Shown here in pieces: positions 1-13,800 of a stretch of DNA of 64,000 nt. The notes below the pieces were generated by a model. That model was not told the origin of the DNA and made no database searches. It worked only from the letters and a program-made list of their open reading frames with translations. The stretch is taken from assembly GCF_006345805.1 (NCBI RefSeq), contig NC_043009.1, positions 15,066,001-15,130,000 of the forward strand. Reading direction: 5' to 3'. Numbering within the stretch: the stretch's first letter is position 1; each line of letters opens with the position of its first letter. This DNA is from Octopus sinensis. Lineage: Eukaryota. The position numbers and the translations under genes were made by a program.

Positions 1-234
1 AAGTACAGAAAAATTAACGAAAAATAAGAAATTACTCATTCTACTCCACTTACGCATTTTACCTCGCCCCCTATACATTGAGCGAGTTTATGATATTTTG
101 TAACCTATCTAACAGACTTCCCCACATTTTCCATCTATCCAAATTTTATGAAACCGTGACAATAAGCCAGTCATTTCAATTTACTCCAAAACCTCATGAT
201 TGCATAGCGAATGTCTTAGTCCGTTTATGATGCT

Positions 235-960
235 TCAGATCTTAGGCACACATACAAATCGCAACACTCCATACAAAGACAAATTAGGATATGGTTTTTG
301 TGGAAATCGAAATAGAGGGAGAAATATAGAGTATGTTTTATTGTTTAGTAGATTTAATTTGTGGGAGGAAAAAGACTTTTCGTGTTTGTGTTCGAGAATC
401 CTAGCAGAGCTGTTGATTTGGAGAATATTACTATGTGACCACATGGGTGACCAAACAAAATAGTGCCGGATTACATCGGCGTTGCTGAAAATGTCCATAT
501 GCTCAAAGGAATATTTTCTTAAAACCAACCATTTTACCTGTCTTCAATCTAGTGGCGAATTGGTGAAAGTGTCTACAAAAAGTGCATGTCCAAATTTGAA
601 CTGGATCGGGATTGAGTAGCTGTACAGGAGGAAAGTAAGTCATCGAAATTAGAAATATTGAGCTTTCAAGGATAGGTGGGCTGAACCTGGTTGAATTATC
701 TCTCATGAGATCTATCGCACCTGGGAAAAGCCATAGACAAGTTTTTCCTCTAAGTATCAAAATTAATTATTTCACAGTGAACATACCTGCATCGATATCA
801 TCAGCTAAATATCATAGAGAAGTTTTATGAACATATTTACTTTGAACGGTTTGTCGATAATGACGCCATGCCATATATCAACGCCGAAGAGGCATACATT
901 GGTCTTTGACACACAGCAGATACATGTGCATTTACGACAGTATCTTTATCATGGCAGAAT
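235..960 (-). mobile_element. Possible very old non-LTR (CR1/L2-like) RT C-terminal remnant
   Basis: Broken minus-strand frames give KTGKMVG../LRK...IRHYFVWSPMWS..ILQINSSARIL, loosely like the post-RT region of CR1/L2 LINEs. Several stops and frameshifts, and no intact catalytic motif. Confidence 0.25.
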
Positions 961-1595
961 GTGATAATCAAATGAAGAATCTTTAATTATATGCATAGAT
1001 TCTGCAGCAGTTGTTAATTATCACTGCAATTGCAAACGTAATCTTATATGATGTTATGTCTTAATAAAGGCACGTCAAATCAACCTTAGATAAAAGGTGT
1101 TAAATCTTAGATATTTATAGTGAGGATCAGATAAAACGTAGAGTTTAGATTGTAGGTGATCCCACATTCTGTTTTGATTCACAGTTATCCATATATCATG
1201 TTGTCAACAGAGTTAATCGCCTTTTGAATAGTATAATTTTTATTACATCAATTCCAATTAATCCCAAATGCTTTATCATTTATCACCAAACATATTTTTA
1301 AAAAGATTTCGCATGCGTTGATTATCAATGGGAAATAGTTGGCGAAAGTAATATGCAAAATGCAATATGCGCTCACTGATGAATTAATGCTCATTGACAT
1401 TTGGCACAAAATATGCAAATTAAATTCATACAAGCCATACATTAAGAACGATTCCAAATCGCCATTTCTTTATGGTAATTATGAGATGTAGTACGGTTAA
1501 TAAAATGATATAAGAGGTTGAAGATGATGAAGTGGATGCAGAGTATGGGGATTAGCATATGAGTAGAGGAGGCATTGGCAGGGATGATGACGATG

Positions 1596-1641
1596 ACTAC
1601 CATCAGCCCGTTGATGATGACGACGACGACGATGCTGATGC

Positions 1642-1699
<58 letters not shown>

Positions 1700-1725
1700 C
1701 AGGAGGAGGAGGAGGAGGAGGAAAT
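1596..1725 (+). repeat. Compound (GAC/GAT)n-(GAG)n microsatellite
   Basis: Direct reading. It explains the poly-D/E and poly-H/P ORFs. Confidence 0.95.
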
Positions 1726-2349
1726 GGAGGAGTGTCTAACAAAACGGCAATACAGAAAGAAAGAAAGAAATGTTGCGAAATATGAATAATATAAACTAAA
1801 ATAATAGAAACAGAAATCATGTTTTCATAAAAAGGAGTTAAAAGTATAAATACAGAAATATAATTAGAAAGAATAAGCCAGAACTATTATAAATTCGAAA
1901 TACATTACGAAGGAAGAAGGAAAGAATAACGTTGAAACAGTGAGAGAGATGTAGAGATGAAAAATAAGAATAGCTCATTCAAGTGATTTAAAATATTGAC
2001 AGATCAACTCTTGCGTGAGGAAAATTGCAAGAAATTTGCATGAATCAGTGAAAAGGAGGTCGTTATGGAATGTAATATTTTGTTATGTTTTTTGTAATTT
2101 TGGTGCTAAATCTCAAGTGCGGGAACAAAAAATACTAAACCTTAACATTTTAGCGTCATTTATGCTAATTAGTATGTTTTCATATGAGTGTTCTCTATCC
2201 TTCTTTCAGTGGTGGATCATATGTAACGGTAAAATATACCAAACTCTAAATTTGTTTGGCATTGGTGTTGGGATTCCTCATTGTTAGGATAATGTAAAGT
2301 AACTTAAAGCTTAAGCTAGTTTATATTTCTTAATTGCTTCTCCTTCGCG

Positions 2350-2942
2350 AGTGATTTTTACTAGCAGTTCTTGGGAGTGTCCATGGGAACAAAGATTGGC
2401 CCCAACTATGCGAACCAGTTCGTTGACTACGTTGAGGCCCAAATATTCTCAAGTTTCACTTGTCCCATTCCCGAACTATACGGTCGTTATATTGACGACT
2501 GTAGCGATGCGACCTTACTCTCCCGCGAATTTCTAGACTCTTTCCTCTCTTTTATCAAATCCTTCCATCCTGCACTCCACTCTCCAGCACTATTTCTGAC
2601 ACTTTCTCAACCTTTTGGTCAGTAGTCATTACTTCATTATCACCACTTCCATCCACTACAAGCACACAGATTCACATTCATACCTCAACTTCCCCCCCTC
2701 CCACCTAAACATATCAAGCTCTCCATCCCCTATTCGCAATTACTCCGTCTATTCAGGCTCTGAAGTGATGGCCATGACTGAGACTTATGGCTCGCCACTT
2801 CATCCGACGTGGATATCCCCTCACCACTTTCCACACCTCGCTTGCCGGAGCACGTTCTATGGACCGTGCAGCTGCTCTCTTCCCACGCACCTGCCCCGGA
2901 ACTGCTCCTGGTCGCCTGCAAAGCCGAAGTTCAAGACACTTT
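2350..2942 (+). mobile_element. Penelope-like element RT/thumb fragment (decayed)
   Basis: GVSMGTKIGPNYANQF...YGRYIDD (PLE RT motifs), then after a frameshift TSIHYKHTDSHSYLNF (T.vy.KpT...YL thumb motif), ending at a C..P.C-like linker. Confidence 0.85.
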
Positions 2943-3321
2943 AGAATTATTGAAAGATTAATGTAAAAGAGCAGCCACTATAATAGTGAAAATAATCCGA
3001 TATATTTCCATGGTCTCTTCAACGGCACGTCGCAAATATAACCCCTAAGCGTAAAAGGTTTTCTATCTCTTTTGATTTCATTACATCGATCATTATTCAT
3101 CTGACGTTATGTAGACGCCCACAATACAGAATTCCATACCTGCTGTAACACATTTAACTTACAAATCAAAGACTTCTAGTTACCAGTTATGAGCTTTCCT
3201 AATTAAAAATGTGTCTTCAGAAACAACTGGATATAAATGAACTGAACAATTTGGGAGTATGGTCAAAGCTCCTTGGGATTTTCCCATCGGTCCTGTACTA
3301 AATATTTAGGCATACATATAA

Positions 3322-3364
<43 letters not shown>

Positions 3365-3467
3365 TACATGAGGTATCCACTCACCACATGTACATATGTT
3401 CACCTATACACACACATACACACACTCACACCCACATATGCATGTATGTATGTATGTATTCATATGT

Positions 3468-3620
3468 AGGCGAAGGTGTGGCTGTGTGCTAAGAAAATTG
3501 CTTCGTTTTGGGTTCAGCTGCATAGCATGGCTTCCTGGACAGATGTGTTCTACTATAACCTCGGGCCGACCGAAGGCTTATGATCGGATTTGGTAGACGG
3601 GAACTGAAAGAAGCCCGTTG
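3468..3620 (+). mobile_element. SINE-like interspersed repeat (family A)
   Basis: ctactataacctcgggccgaccgaagg...gatttggtagacgggaactgaaagaagcccgt recurs at about 40440-40512. It ends in a (TG)n/(TAGA)n tail. Confidence 0.8.
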
Positions 3621-3644
3621 TGTATGTGTGTGTGTGTGTGTAAA

Positions 3645-3698
3645 TTAGATAAATAGATAGATAGTTAGAAAGATAGAAAGATAGATAGATAGATAGAC

Positions 3699-3730
<32 letters not shown>

Positions 3731-3731
3731 G

Positions 3732-3787
<56 letters not shown>

Positions 3788-3830
3788 CATACATACATAC
3801 ATACATACATACATACATACGTACATACAT
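3645..3830 (+). repeat. (TAGA)n-(TACA)n microsatellite
   Basis: Direct reading. Confidence 0.95.
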
Positions 3831-6181
3831 AGATTGTTAGAAATTAGCTATAATTGGAAGCATAATTGTTGATTTCAACATTTCACCTTTCCACATTTCC
3901 TTCCTTGTCATTCACCAAATTCACTATGATATATACCTGCATGAATAATACAGAGTTACCTTTAAATATATGTTAATGCATTGAGACTGCAGATCTTCAG
4001 AGAGGTGTAAATATTAGCGAATTCGAGTATCGCGCGGAGATGATTCATATAAAATTTGTTATTTCAAACCAAGTTGAATCAGTAAATCGTTAAACTTGAT
4101 AAGAAGAGGAAAATTAAGACAGTGAATCAATGCAAATATATAAATATGAGCGCCCACAGAAACTCACTTATACACACACAGATATCACAGATAATGTGGA
4201 CACGACGAACATTGTAATGCATACATGTGTATTTCAATGTATGTATGTAAATATATATGAATATATTTGCGCACGCAGATGTGTGTACGTGTGTCGCAAA
4301 ACATTTACATAGTGAGTTTATTGTATTACCGATGAAAAGTACAGCCAAAATTGATATAAGATCTATCACAGTTTTCAATTAATTTGCTATTCTAATCACA
4401 TTCGTTGACACAATCTTTTAATCATCATGACTCTAATGTTCGTCTCCGACCTGAATTGACCACGGCGTGATTTGCAACAATTATTATGAATGGATATAAC
4501 AATAACCAGTTAAATAACATCCCTGAAATTAAAGACAACCATATTAGTTGTAATGAGAGAATTATTCCGAAAAATTAAGTATTTCTCGGATTTACAAATT
4601 CAGTAATACAATATTTCACTGATTTAAATTTGCAATGGGACATGTCTTCTTTGCTCTATTATGAGCTTTGTTACATGAGAAGGGGAATTTTATCGCGAGC
4701 TAAATTATATTTCGATGCAAATACACCAAAAAGCACTTTTAACCCAATAAGAATCGTATAACATTCATAAAATCCAACGCGTATAATCTCTTGCATATGA
4801 TGGCCGTAAATCGAATGGAATATTACAAAGGAAGAGAATCTTTTTGCTAATACTATGCACCCCAACCGAACGTTGGCAGTGACTCATGGTATAATAAGTG
4901 CCATAACCTTAAAGGTTTAATACTATGCAATCAACGAAATGCACTCATCGTATATTATGAGAAACAAATTGCCATTATTAAAAGTCACCTGACAAGACAG
5001 AACTTATGTGGAGAAAATCTATTTTTTTCCTATATTCATTCTTTATACGTTTTTGTTGCTATTTCATCTTAGAGTTTTACAGCTGAAAGATACTTTTTCT
5101 GTTTTTTTTCTCGAATAGGAAAATAAATTTATACGAATACCACAAGTACTTTCAGTAGCATAAAAATGAAAGCTTCACTTGCTGTACATATGAATAAAAG
5201 TGCAGTAGAGGAGTGCATCAGTGGCGTATGGACATGAAGTGATTCCATTACACTACACAGGATATGAGAGCATGGAAGAATATTTTGGTCATAAAGTCTG
5301 AAAGTGTCAAGGATCAAAGATCCTTCTCGAGCTTCGTAAGGCCGGTTCCAGAATTTTGTGTCATGTATAATACCCTCTTGCAGAGATGCTGCTTTTTACG
5401 ACATGAGTGGACTGGAGCAACAAGACAGGAAGTATTTTGCTTAAGAACACAACGTATAGCTTGGTCCATTAATCGGAACAAATGTGTATGATTATGCGTG
5501 CAGCATCCTTACAACTAAACCACGCATCTCCATAACAATTATTAAAAGATAATGATCCATGCAGGAAAGAGCATTTTCCCATATTCAAACGAAAAGCAGT
5601 CTGAGAATAGTATAGCTGTTGCTGTTCTATTTTTGTTGGTTTCATTAAAGCTATGATGTGAGCCGAATTCCATTTCTACAGTTATTTGAAATAACGCCTA
5701 CAGCAGCGTCCTCTCTCTTTGAAAAAAAAACAGATGCTTCCATACACAGACTGACACGCACAGGCATGTCAGTCCTGAGCTGTTTCCATTCTGAGAAATG
5801 AACAGAACACAAACAGGTTTGAAGAAGAAAACGACGAAGGTATGCAGTAATAACATTAAATGCTAAAAGTTTGTGAAAACCATAAAGAGCCCACAAAGTG
5901 CCTATCGCCAACAAGTAAATCAAGCAGCTAGTTAACCCGTGCACACGACTATCACCAAGAAAGACAAAAAAGAAAAGATATTGGTAATCCACAATATAAA
6001 ACCCATAACCATACTAAAAACAAAATAAGAACAAAAATAATAGGAGCAAAAAATGAACAGCAATACAGGCGGTGTCCCTTTCAACATCACTGAACTCGGA
6101 ATGAAATGCGATGCCTCGTTAGTGCAATAATCAAAGGAAGAAGATCAAGCAATTTATCTTGCAAGCGATAACGAGGAGTAG

Positions 6182-6276
6182 TCAAGTACGGCCCGAAAGA
6201 GAAGTTTCTGAAGTATATAGGCTGAGCTGTTCTTCTGGCTGCAGCTGACTGCTCTTAACTGGATCCTCCATTTCAT
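6182..6276 (-). CDS. Candidate terminal coding exon of an unidentified minus-strand gene: (D)EMEDPVKSSQLQPEEQLSLYTSETSLSGRT*
   Basis: Strong acceptor on the minus strand (T-run of about 16 nt, then CAG at 6279-6277). The phase-1 frame is open for 30 codons to TGA at 6184-6182, in non-repetitive sequence. No upstream partner exon was established. Confidence 0.35.
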
Positions 6277-7010
6277 CTGAAAAAAAAAAAAAAAATACAA
6301 TTCGTATTTCTGTACTTATTATCCGACCAACAAACTGGAAATGTGATGGGGTTCCGTGGGATACACAAATAAACTAACAACAAAAACAAAACAAGAGCAA
6401 CAACAACGACTACTACTACTACTACTACTACTACTAATACTACTACTACTGTTCAGTTTCTTAGAATCAATATTGGTGAATCAATATTACGAGATATCTA
6501 ACTTCCAGCATCAATAACCATGTAACGTAATTCAGTTTTGGAATTGTAAAGGGACAGCCAAAATATGCATTTTGTGTCTCAAGTGTTATGGTACAGATTT
6601 CCTCTGTTTTTCTATAGGAAAACCAAGAAAAAATGTTCAAATGAATTATTTGTGGAAGAGATTTATTGGCAATTTCATTTCGAGTACTTTCCTTCGCAAG
6701 AAGTTTTTTTATTAATACAACTACTTATATTAATATATCTAGAAACGACACCTCTAAGAAACAACGTTACAGACAAAACCGAGTTTAAATATAGGAGGCT
6801 TTTCTTAAATATTTCAGTCTCAGACTATGGAGCTTCGGGGATGTACAACTCTCCAAGATTTTTCACCTTTCCTTCGTCTGGAGAGAGCCACATCCACAGT
6901 GTGGTTTAATGGTACACGTCCTTCCACTCCTCTTTTTCTCCACCCCTCCCCTCCCGCGTGCACTACTTTCACTCCTTCCTCTACATAATTCATATCTCTT
7001 TTTATTCATA

Positions 7011-7060
7011 TCTACTACTACTACTACTACCACCACCACCACCCCCACTACCACTACTAT

Positions 7061-7099
<39 letters not shown>

Positions 7100-7275
7100 C
7101 ACTACTAGTACTAATACTATTAATACTAGAAGTAGTAGTAGTAGTAATAGTAGTAGTAGAGCTGCCGCTGCAGGTGCCGCTGATGGTGCTGCGGCTGCTT
7201 CTGCTGGGGCCGTTGTCGATACCACTACTACTACTACTGCCGCTAGTGCCGCTGCTGCTACCGCCGTTGCCGTGT
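7011..7275 (+). repeat. Compound trinucleotide repeat (CTA/CCA/TAG/GCT)
   Basis: Direct reading. Source of the poly-T/S/A/V/L ORFs. Confidence 0.9.
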
Positions 7276-8517
7276 CTTTTATGTCTTTCGGGTAGAGATC
7301 TGTAATTTTTTGTTTTGTTTTTCCTTCAACCTGAACATTTACAAACAAATAAATAAATGAACGAAACTGGTATTTCCGAGAGGTCATCAGCAATAGAAGA
7401 GCACTTGGAAACGTTAATTTAGTATGCAAATCAACTGCCCCAAAACCACCACCACTACCAACATCACAAAGTGGTAACTGTAAAAACAACTACAACAACG
7501 ATAAAATTATCAAAATAAACGAAAAAATAGACGGTGACTGTAAAAGAACCAGGAGCAGGGCCATCACCAGCCACGCCCTATGACATATATCCGATGAAGG
7601 AATCGGCAGTAAAAGCATGTCTACAGTGAACCGCAAAAGTAATTATGAACTTAGGAATCTACATCATTAGCTATATCTTTGATACGAAGCTTTGAAGTTA
7701 TTTTTCCCAAATACTGTAGTAACGGAGTATTGACATGTGTGTCAGGCAATATTTGGAATCATGATTTTCCCGCTTGCACTCTTTTATGTACAGTACATAG
7801 GAGACCGTACGCTACAAATAAAATTATTTATCTCAGGGTTTCTGTAAGTGTTGTCACCGAATTTTCTTTAGATGATGGAACTGAAACACCATGGTATTTA
7901 CAAGGAACAGGTATATTAATCTTTTGTGAATCTGGTTGATAAATTCTTGTGGGAAGAAACAATACATACGACCGAAGTTTTAAATAGATATTCCATTCAG
8001 TGAAATGCATCGTGTCAAGAATTCCTTGTAGAAATATAAACTTATCTTTCTATATATATATATATATATTTATGGCATAATTTTATCCGCGCTTTTATTT
8101 GTTATTCTTTATTACGCACGAGTATATGCATTAATTATTTTATTATGGTTCTCTTAAAATTCGTTATTTTTATCATTTCCTTTTCTCTTTTTCTTTATCA
8201 TTTATGTTTGTCTTTAAATATGTATAAGATTTTAGTGTTTTGCCATGTTTCAGGTAACTTTTCAAAAGGCAGACTCTATATCTGAGACATTGTTTGAATA
8301 GAAATATTATGCTATATCAGAAAACAGAGAATTAGTTAATAGCAAAGCTTTGTTGCTAGGCACCGCTCAGGAGTACACTTCCAAACTTATCAAAAGTTTT
8401 GTTTGAAATAAATCAAACCATATTAGGTTATTACTGTAGAAGTCAGTTGGGCTCCGGAGACCCAAGAAAGGATTTGGAAGTGTATTTGAATAGCTCTGAA
8501 CGAATTATTAAATAATA

Positions 8518-8552
<35 letters not shown>

Positions 8553-10848
8553 ATTTACCACCAGGGCGGAGGATGAGGTAGATAATACGAAAGATATATA
8601 AAGCGTGCGTGTGTTGGGGAAGTGCATATAATGGAATGATACAATAAATGAATAATAATAAAAACAAAGTATGCACGGTATACAGTGGAAATGAAAGGAA
8701 ACTTACTTTACTATACAAAGGTTAATGAAAAAAGTGGGAGGTTGATAGAGCGATGCTAAACGATTCTGATAGGTGGCCACTTACATTGGCCACCGAACAG
8801 CTGTTGCTGTAATACGTCGCTGTACATTGCAACGATTCAGCCTCTGAAAATGGGACCCAAACCAGCTGCCGAGAGAACAGCCTCCAAGTGTTGGTGGCCG
8901 ACCCTATCAACAGTTCGATTACTCCAAGTTGATCAGGGCCTCACCTATAAAAGGCTCATTACCAACCCTCTCTATGATATAGCACTTAAGGTGGAGGTCA
9001 TGGATAATTCTGTTTGAAACAGCGCAACTCTGCGTATCACCATTCAGCTTATCGACGACAAGCACCAACCTCTAGGCTAACACCTTGGCTAAAATTTTAA
9101 TAATATATGAATATCATTTTCTTTTGTATAACTGTTGTAGGCCCCTGTTTTTACTTCGTAATTTTTTGTATATATTTGTGAATGTTTTCGTTTATGCTGA
9201 TGCCTCACGTTAGACTTATCTATGATGTTTGTGTTGATGTGAGTTTTTTTTTTATGAGAGATTTCGTGTTGCTGCGCCTTCGTATGCATCTATCAGTTTG
9301 TTGACGTTCTGGTCGATAGAAATCGTGACAGTTCTTTTAATATACTGGCGTAATCATGAATGAAATCTTTTTCTTTTGAGTTTGCTATTGTCAGGTTGCC
9401 CTCTTTTTTCCACGTATATAGACTTATGTATAATTGTAAATATTGGTTCAAATGATTTACCGTGAAATAGTGTAGTTTGGCCGAAAAACAATGCTCATTC
9501 ATACAGAGAAATTGAATGTGAATTTTAGTATTACACATTATATTTTATGTAGGCATACGAAACTTTATTTTTAGGATCGTTCAACTGTTGATATGACATT
9601 AATTGAAATTCTGAAACTCACAGTAAGTGGACGTGGACCAAAATATCAATCCGGGCATCATTATAAAAAAGAATTGAATTATAATTACCATGAAAGTACC
9701 TGGAGATTTTTTACACGTTGACAAAGTATCATTAGCTTTCGCTAATTCTAAGAAAATGTAATACATAGAACCAACGGCAGTTGTGTATTCTATTATTTAT
9801 CGACGTAGTAACGATGAAAATAAAATTTTAAGTCGGTGTCAGTTGAAGGCGGAGAGCCGCAGAGGAAATAGCGCTGGAACCACTCCTATCTGGTGTTTCA
9901 ATAATGCTGGTCATCCACTGTCTTTTGTAATTAACAATTACAATGATATACTAATCATAATTTGTGTACGGAATTTTATTATACGAATATAATAGCCAGT
10001 GATGTCATACTGGAAGTAGACGACAGAATTATAGTATAATTAAAAACTGACTATGGCAACAAAATAACAATAATGATAATTTGAATCTATTTGTTTTTAA
10101 AGACGATATATCATATTTTTATATGAGATATTTGTAAATATTTTCAAACGTCACTTTCGGAATCAATAATCCACATTGATTAATATTTAGTGGAATAAGA
10201 TTTGAATTCTGAAACATAAGATGCTAAATTAAATATCACTAACCATTTAACAGGATGCTGTCAGGATATCTCGAATATACCGTATTTAATCGAGAATCAA
10301 GAAAAAAAAAGTATCAGTTATACGTTATTATTAGAGAATGCGGTTGGTGTTGCAGAGGAACATATACGCCTCTGGCGAAGGAAACGTAAGTAGGTCTAGT
10401 TATTATAATGGTGATGATTTTCTTCAAGTTGAATTGGTGTTAATGACGATGGGTTTATCATATACATGATGATAATGATGTTGAAAATGATAATGATAAT
10501 TTTCATGCTAATAGCAATAATGAGAAATTTGCGTGGGATTTTAATGATAGGAAATGATGAGGGAGATAGCAATAAAATCTTGATAACCGTAGTCTTGACT
10601 TTCCAGTTCATGTTCCTGTATGCAATTATGCTTCTGTTGAAGATGAACAGGCGTGGTGTGGAATTTACTAGCAGTTAAAAGGATTCAAAATATATAATTC
10701 AAATGGAAGTGCATTTAAGGAAAGCTATGTTAAAATGCTTAGTCTCCTCTAAAGAAAATTAATAATTAAAGGTTGTCAGTGTCATGCGCACATCATCAAT
10801 AATCATAAATTCCAGAAATTTCAAAGTTATAACACTCTTGTCAGAATA

Positions 10849-13800
10849 CTAGCGGGACCCGCAGAATTTCCACGAACCGATTAATAGAATGTTGAGTAAA
10901 TAATAAACATTTTCTATATGTATGTATATATAAAAATAACGCATTGAAGAAAGGAGTAAATAAAATGTCTATAAATATATAATAGAATGAGATATTTAGG
11001 CAGCAAATACTAAAATTGCATATGTTTGTACAGTTCTATTTACAAATACGTAAAGTTTAGGTATTAATTCTAGCCTTTTTTTAACATACAATATTCAGAG
11101 GCTGGGAAAATAAACAACACATTGAAATACTTGGGAGTGTTCATGATGTGTGTGCAAAGATTGTCAATGCCAATCAGTCAATGGTACCCAACATAGAGTC
11201 ATGCCAGTCTCCTCCGATATAAATACAGAAAACAATAGACCTACACATGTACAAAATTATACAATACATGCCACATATAAATAGTTTCCTCTTTTGAATG
11301 ATATTCATTTGTGTGTGTGCGTGTGTGTGTATTGTGTGTGTGCGTGTGTGTGTATGTGTGTGTGTGTATGTGTGTGTGTGTGTGTGCATATAAACCAAGG
11401 ACACATACCTAATGCAATCAAGAGTCTCCAGAATTTCTAAAAACACTCGGCAGACAATGTTCTTAGTAACATTTCGTCCTCTTCTTCCTTGTCTCTCTGT
11501 CTCCATTACCTTAACCCTTACAACTGAGAGTCTGCGAGTTCTAGAGTATGCCACATACAACGGCCCGTGACCGAGCACTGGCTGAAGTAACAACAATCCC
11601 ACCTTCTCAGATGACCTCTCAATAGTCATGTCATATGACAAACGGACAGGTAACTGGGTTTTCTCCAAGGTGAATGGCAAGTTACGGTCGCTGTGAGCCA
11701 AAAATAGTCTAGGAATGAGGACCCGTCTGCCAATTAGTAAGCCGCTAAATAAGAAAGCCTCGATTAAATATTGATGCACGCCACCACATTCATTTTCGTA
11801 CCATTGTATATTCTGGATAGAAATTTTGCGGAGAAGCATTACTATTGAGTCGGGTTTTAAGCTCAATTTATCAGGAAGCATTCCTGAAGGTGTCAAAGAG
11901 TTTAGAAATTCAAGGCGATAGCGTTCAGCTTCAGCAGGATCATCTGTCAAAACTCTATCTGTACTAGAATAGGTGCGGCATCACCTGTAAGCTGTCTCAA
12001 AACTTCTTCATTGATCCGGAGGCAGTCTAAGCTCTTTGGCGAAAGAATTACTTTGTGTCTTCTCTCTTGCTCAGATGTATTGTTGAAGATATCATCCACC
12101 CGAGAGATGTCAACAGATGCAATTTGAGGCACTTCTGTGTCATCAAAAGCAAGGTTAGAGTCTTTTGGAGCTGCATATGTTGCGCTGCGAAGATGCAAGC
12201 GCCATTTTGTGAAATTGCCTTTGATCTGTTGTCCTCATGTTTTTAGGCTTAGATGAAATTCAGCCATAGAGGAGAATTTTTGATACAGACTTCAATAATT
12301 GCCTCAAGAGTTCCTCTTGGAAACATGAGGACTACTTGCCTAAAGTTTCCTCCGAGAGCACAACTTTACCACCAAAAACAGCAGCAATGCCAGTGATATC
12401 TAGCAAGGCTTTATCAATAGCATGCAGTGAAAATGAAGGGATCATAGAAGCCTCATCCAAGATGACTGAATCCAGGTTTCGTAAATGATTTGCATGGTCT
12501 GAAATGGCTGGTAAATTACACACACAGGCCTCTGTGACTGTAATAGGAAACTTAAATAAACTATTGATAGTATTTCCACCTGGCAGTATTGTAGAGGCAT
12601 TGCCTATGCAAGCACCACTGCACACATTGCAGTTGTTCCTTCGCATATAAGAATTGTATGGTATTAAATATATAAGTTTTACCACAACCTCTTGGTGCAT
12701 CTACATAGAAACAGGACTGGTTGGGCACCTCACTTCTCCTCTTCTCTATATATTCAAGCACAGCATTAGCAATGAGTCTCTGTTCATCAGTAAGTGTTGC
12801 AATGCCTGGGTGATCGAGGTCTTCCTGATGGTCAAGTTGCGGAGCTCCAATAGGTCCAGGCAGCCCATTTGCTAAACAATTAATGCCATACTCTATTAGA
12901 AATGCATCAATTGAATACAGTGCGATTTTTTCTGTGTGTTTTGAATCAAAACCTTGGTGCAAGAAATCTTCAATCATGGATTCCTTTTGAATGGTCCAGA
13001 GGTGAAGAGCATTTGCAGGGTTCATATACGTGCACAGGGCAGCAGAGATTACACGCAATTGTAAGGGCAACCGACAGGCAGCAGCTTCTAGCAATGCATG
13101 TTCCAGTATGTCACCGTTTGAGAGAAGACCATATCTCAAACATTCTACAGAGCGTAAATCCTGGAAGTCGTGCGGCGCCTGAAACATACAGTAACATTTT
13201 TGAGTTAAATTTTTCTGTCTCTCTAGCATTCACGGTATATGTTGCCTTGGTGTCCATGTTCTAGTGCGCTCATTAAACACATAATGCAGCGGAATGTTAG
13301 GGTACAAATGGTTCCTTGCATCATCATGATGCTTATTCAGTTTGAACCATGCAGTGAGGGTAGTGTCACGATCCCCCTGTGCTTGTTGAGCATTGCCTCT
13401 GTGAAAGTAAACTGGTATTGCAAAGGGGGGTATCATTTCTCCAACAAACACTGCTACTCTTTCAATGCTGGTTGGAAAATTGTAACGCCTGATACCGGAT
13501 CCTCTCCTGGAGCGTAACTCACATCTCCATATTGGTACATTGTCTCTTCTGGTTCTCTCCTCTTCTTATTCAACTGCATGCATGTTCTTGTACAATTCTA
13601 CATAAGGATTAACTTGGTGGATAACTTCACTTATTTTTCTCATGGTTACAAGGGAACACTCAGAATTTGAGGTGCATTCATCCTGTGCTGCATGGCTTCA
13701 TCCGCATCAATGATGTATAACTGGTCGTATTGTGGTTGATCATTAGCAGGATGCCGGGTTGTCGTCGTGTAGTAGGTTCGGCCCTGAACACTGAAGCAAT

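Noticed and set aside
503-760. FSPPILESSIFLISMTYFP resembles the Cys-loop region of nicotinic/chemotactile receptors, inside a plausible 183-nt phase 1-1 exon (720-538)
   Set aside because: Both Cys-loop cysteines and the FPFD/W motifs are absent, and neighbouring frames look more like a decayed LINE.
6828-6911. MELRGCTTLQDFSP, an LRR-like phrase in a possible plus-strand exon
   Set aside because: Single partial motif, weak donor (gtacac), and an alternative frame is equally open.
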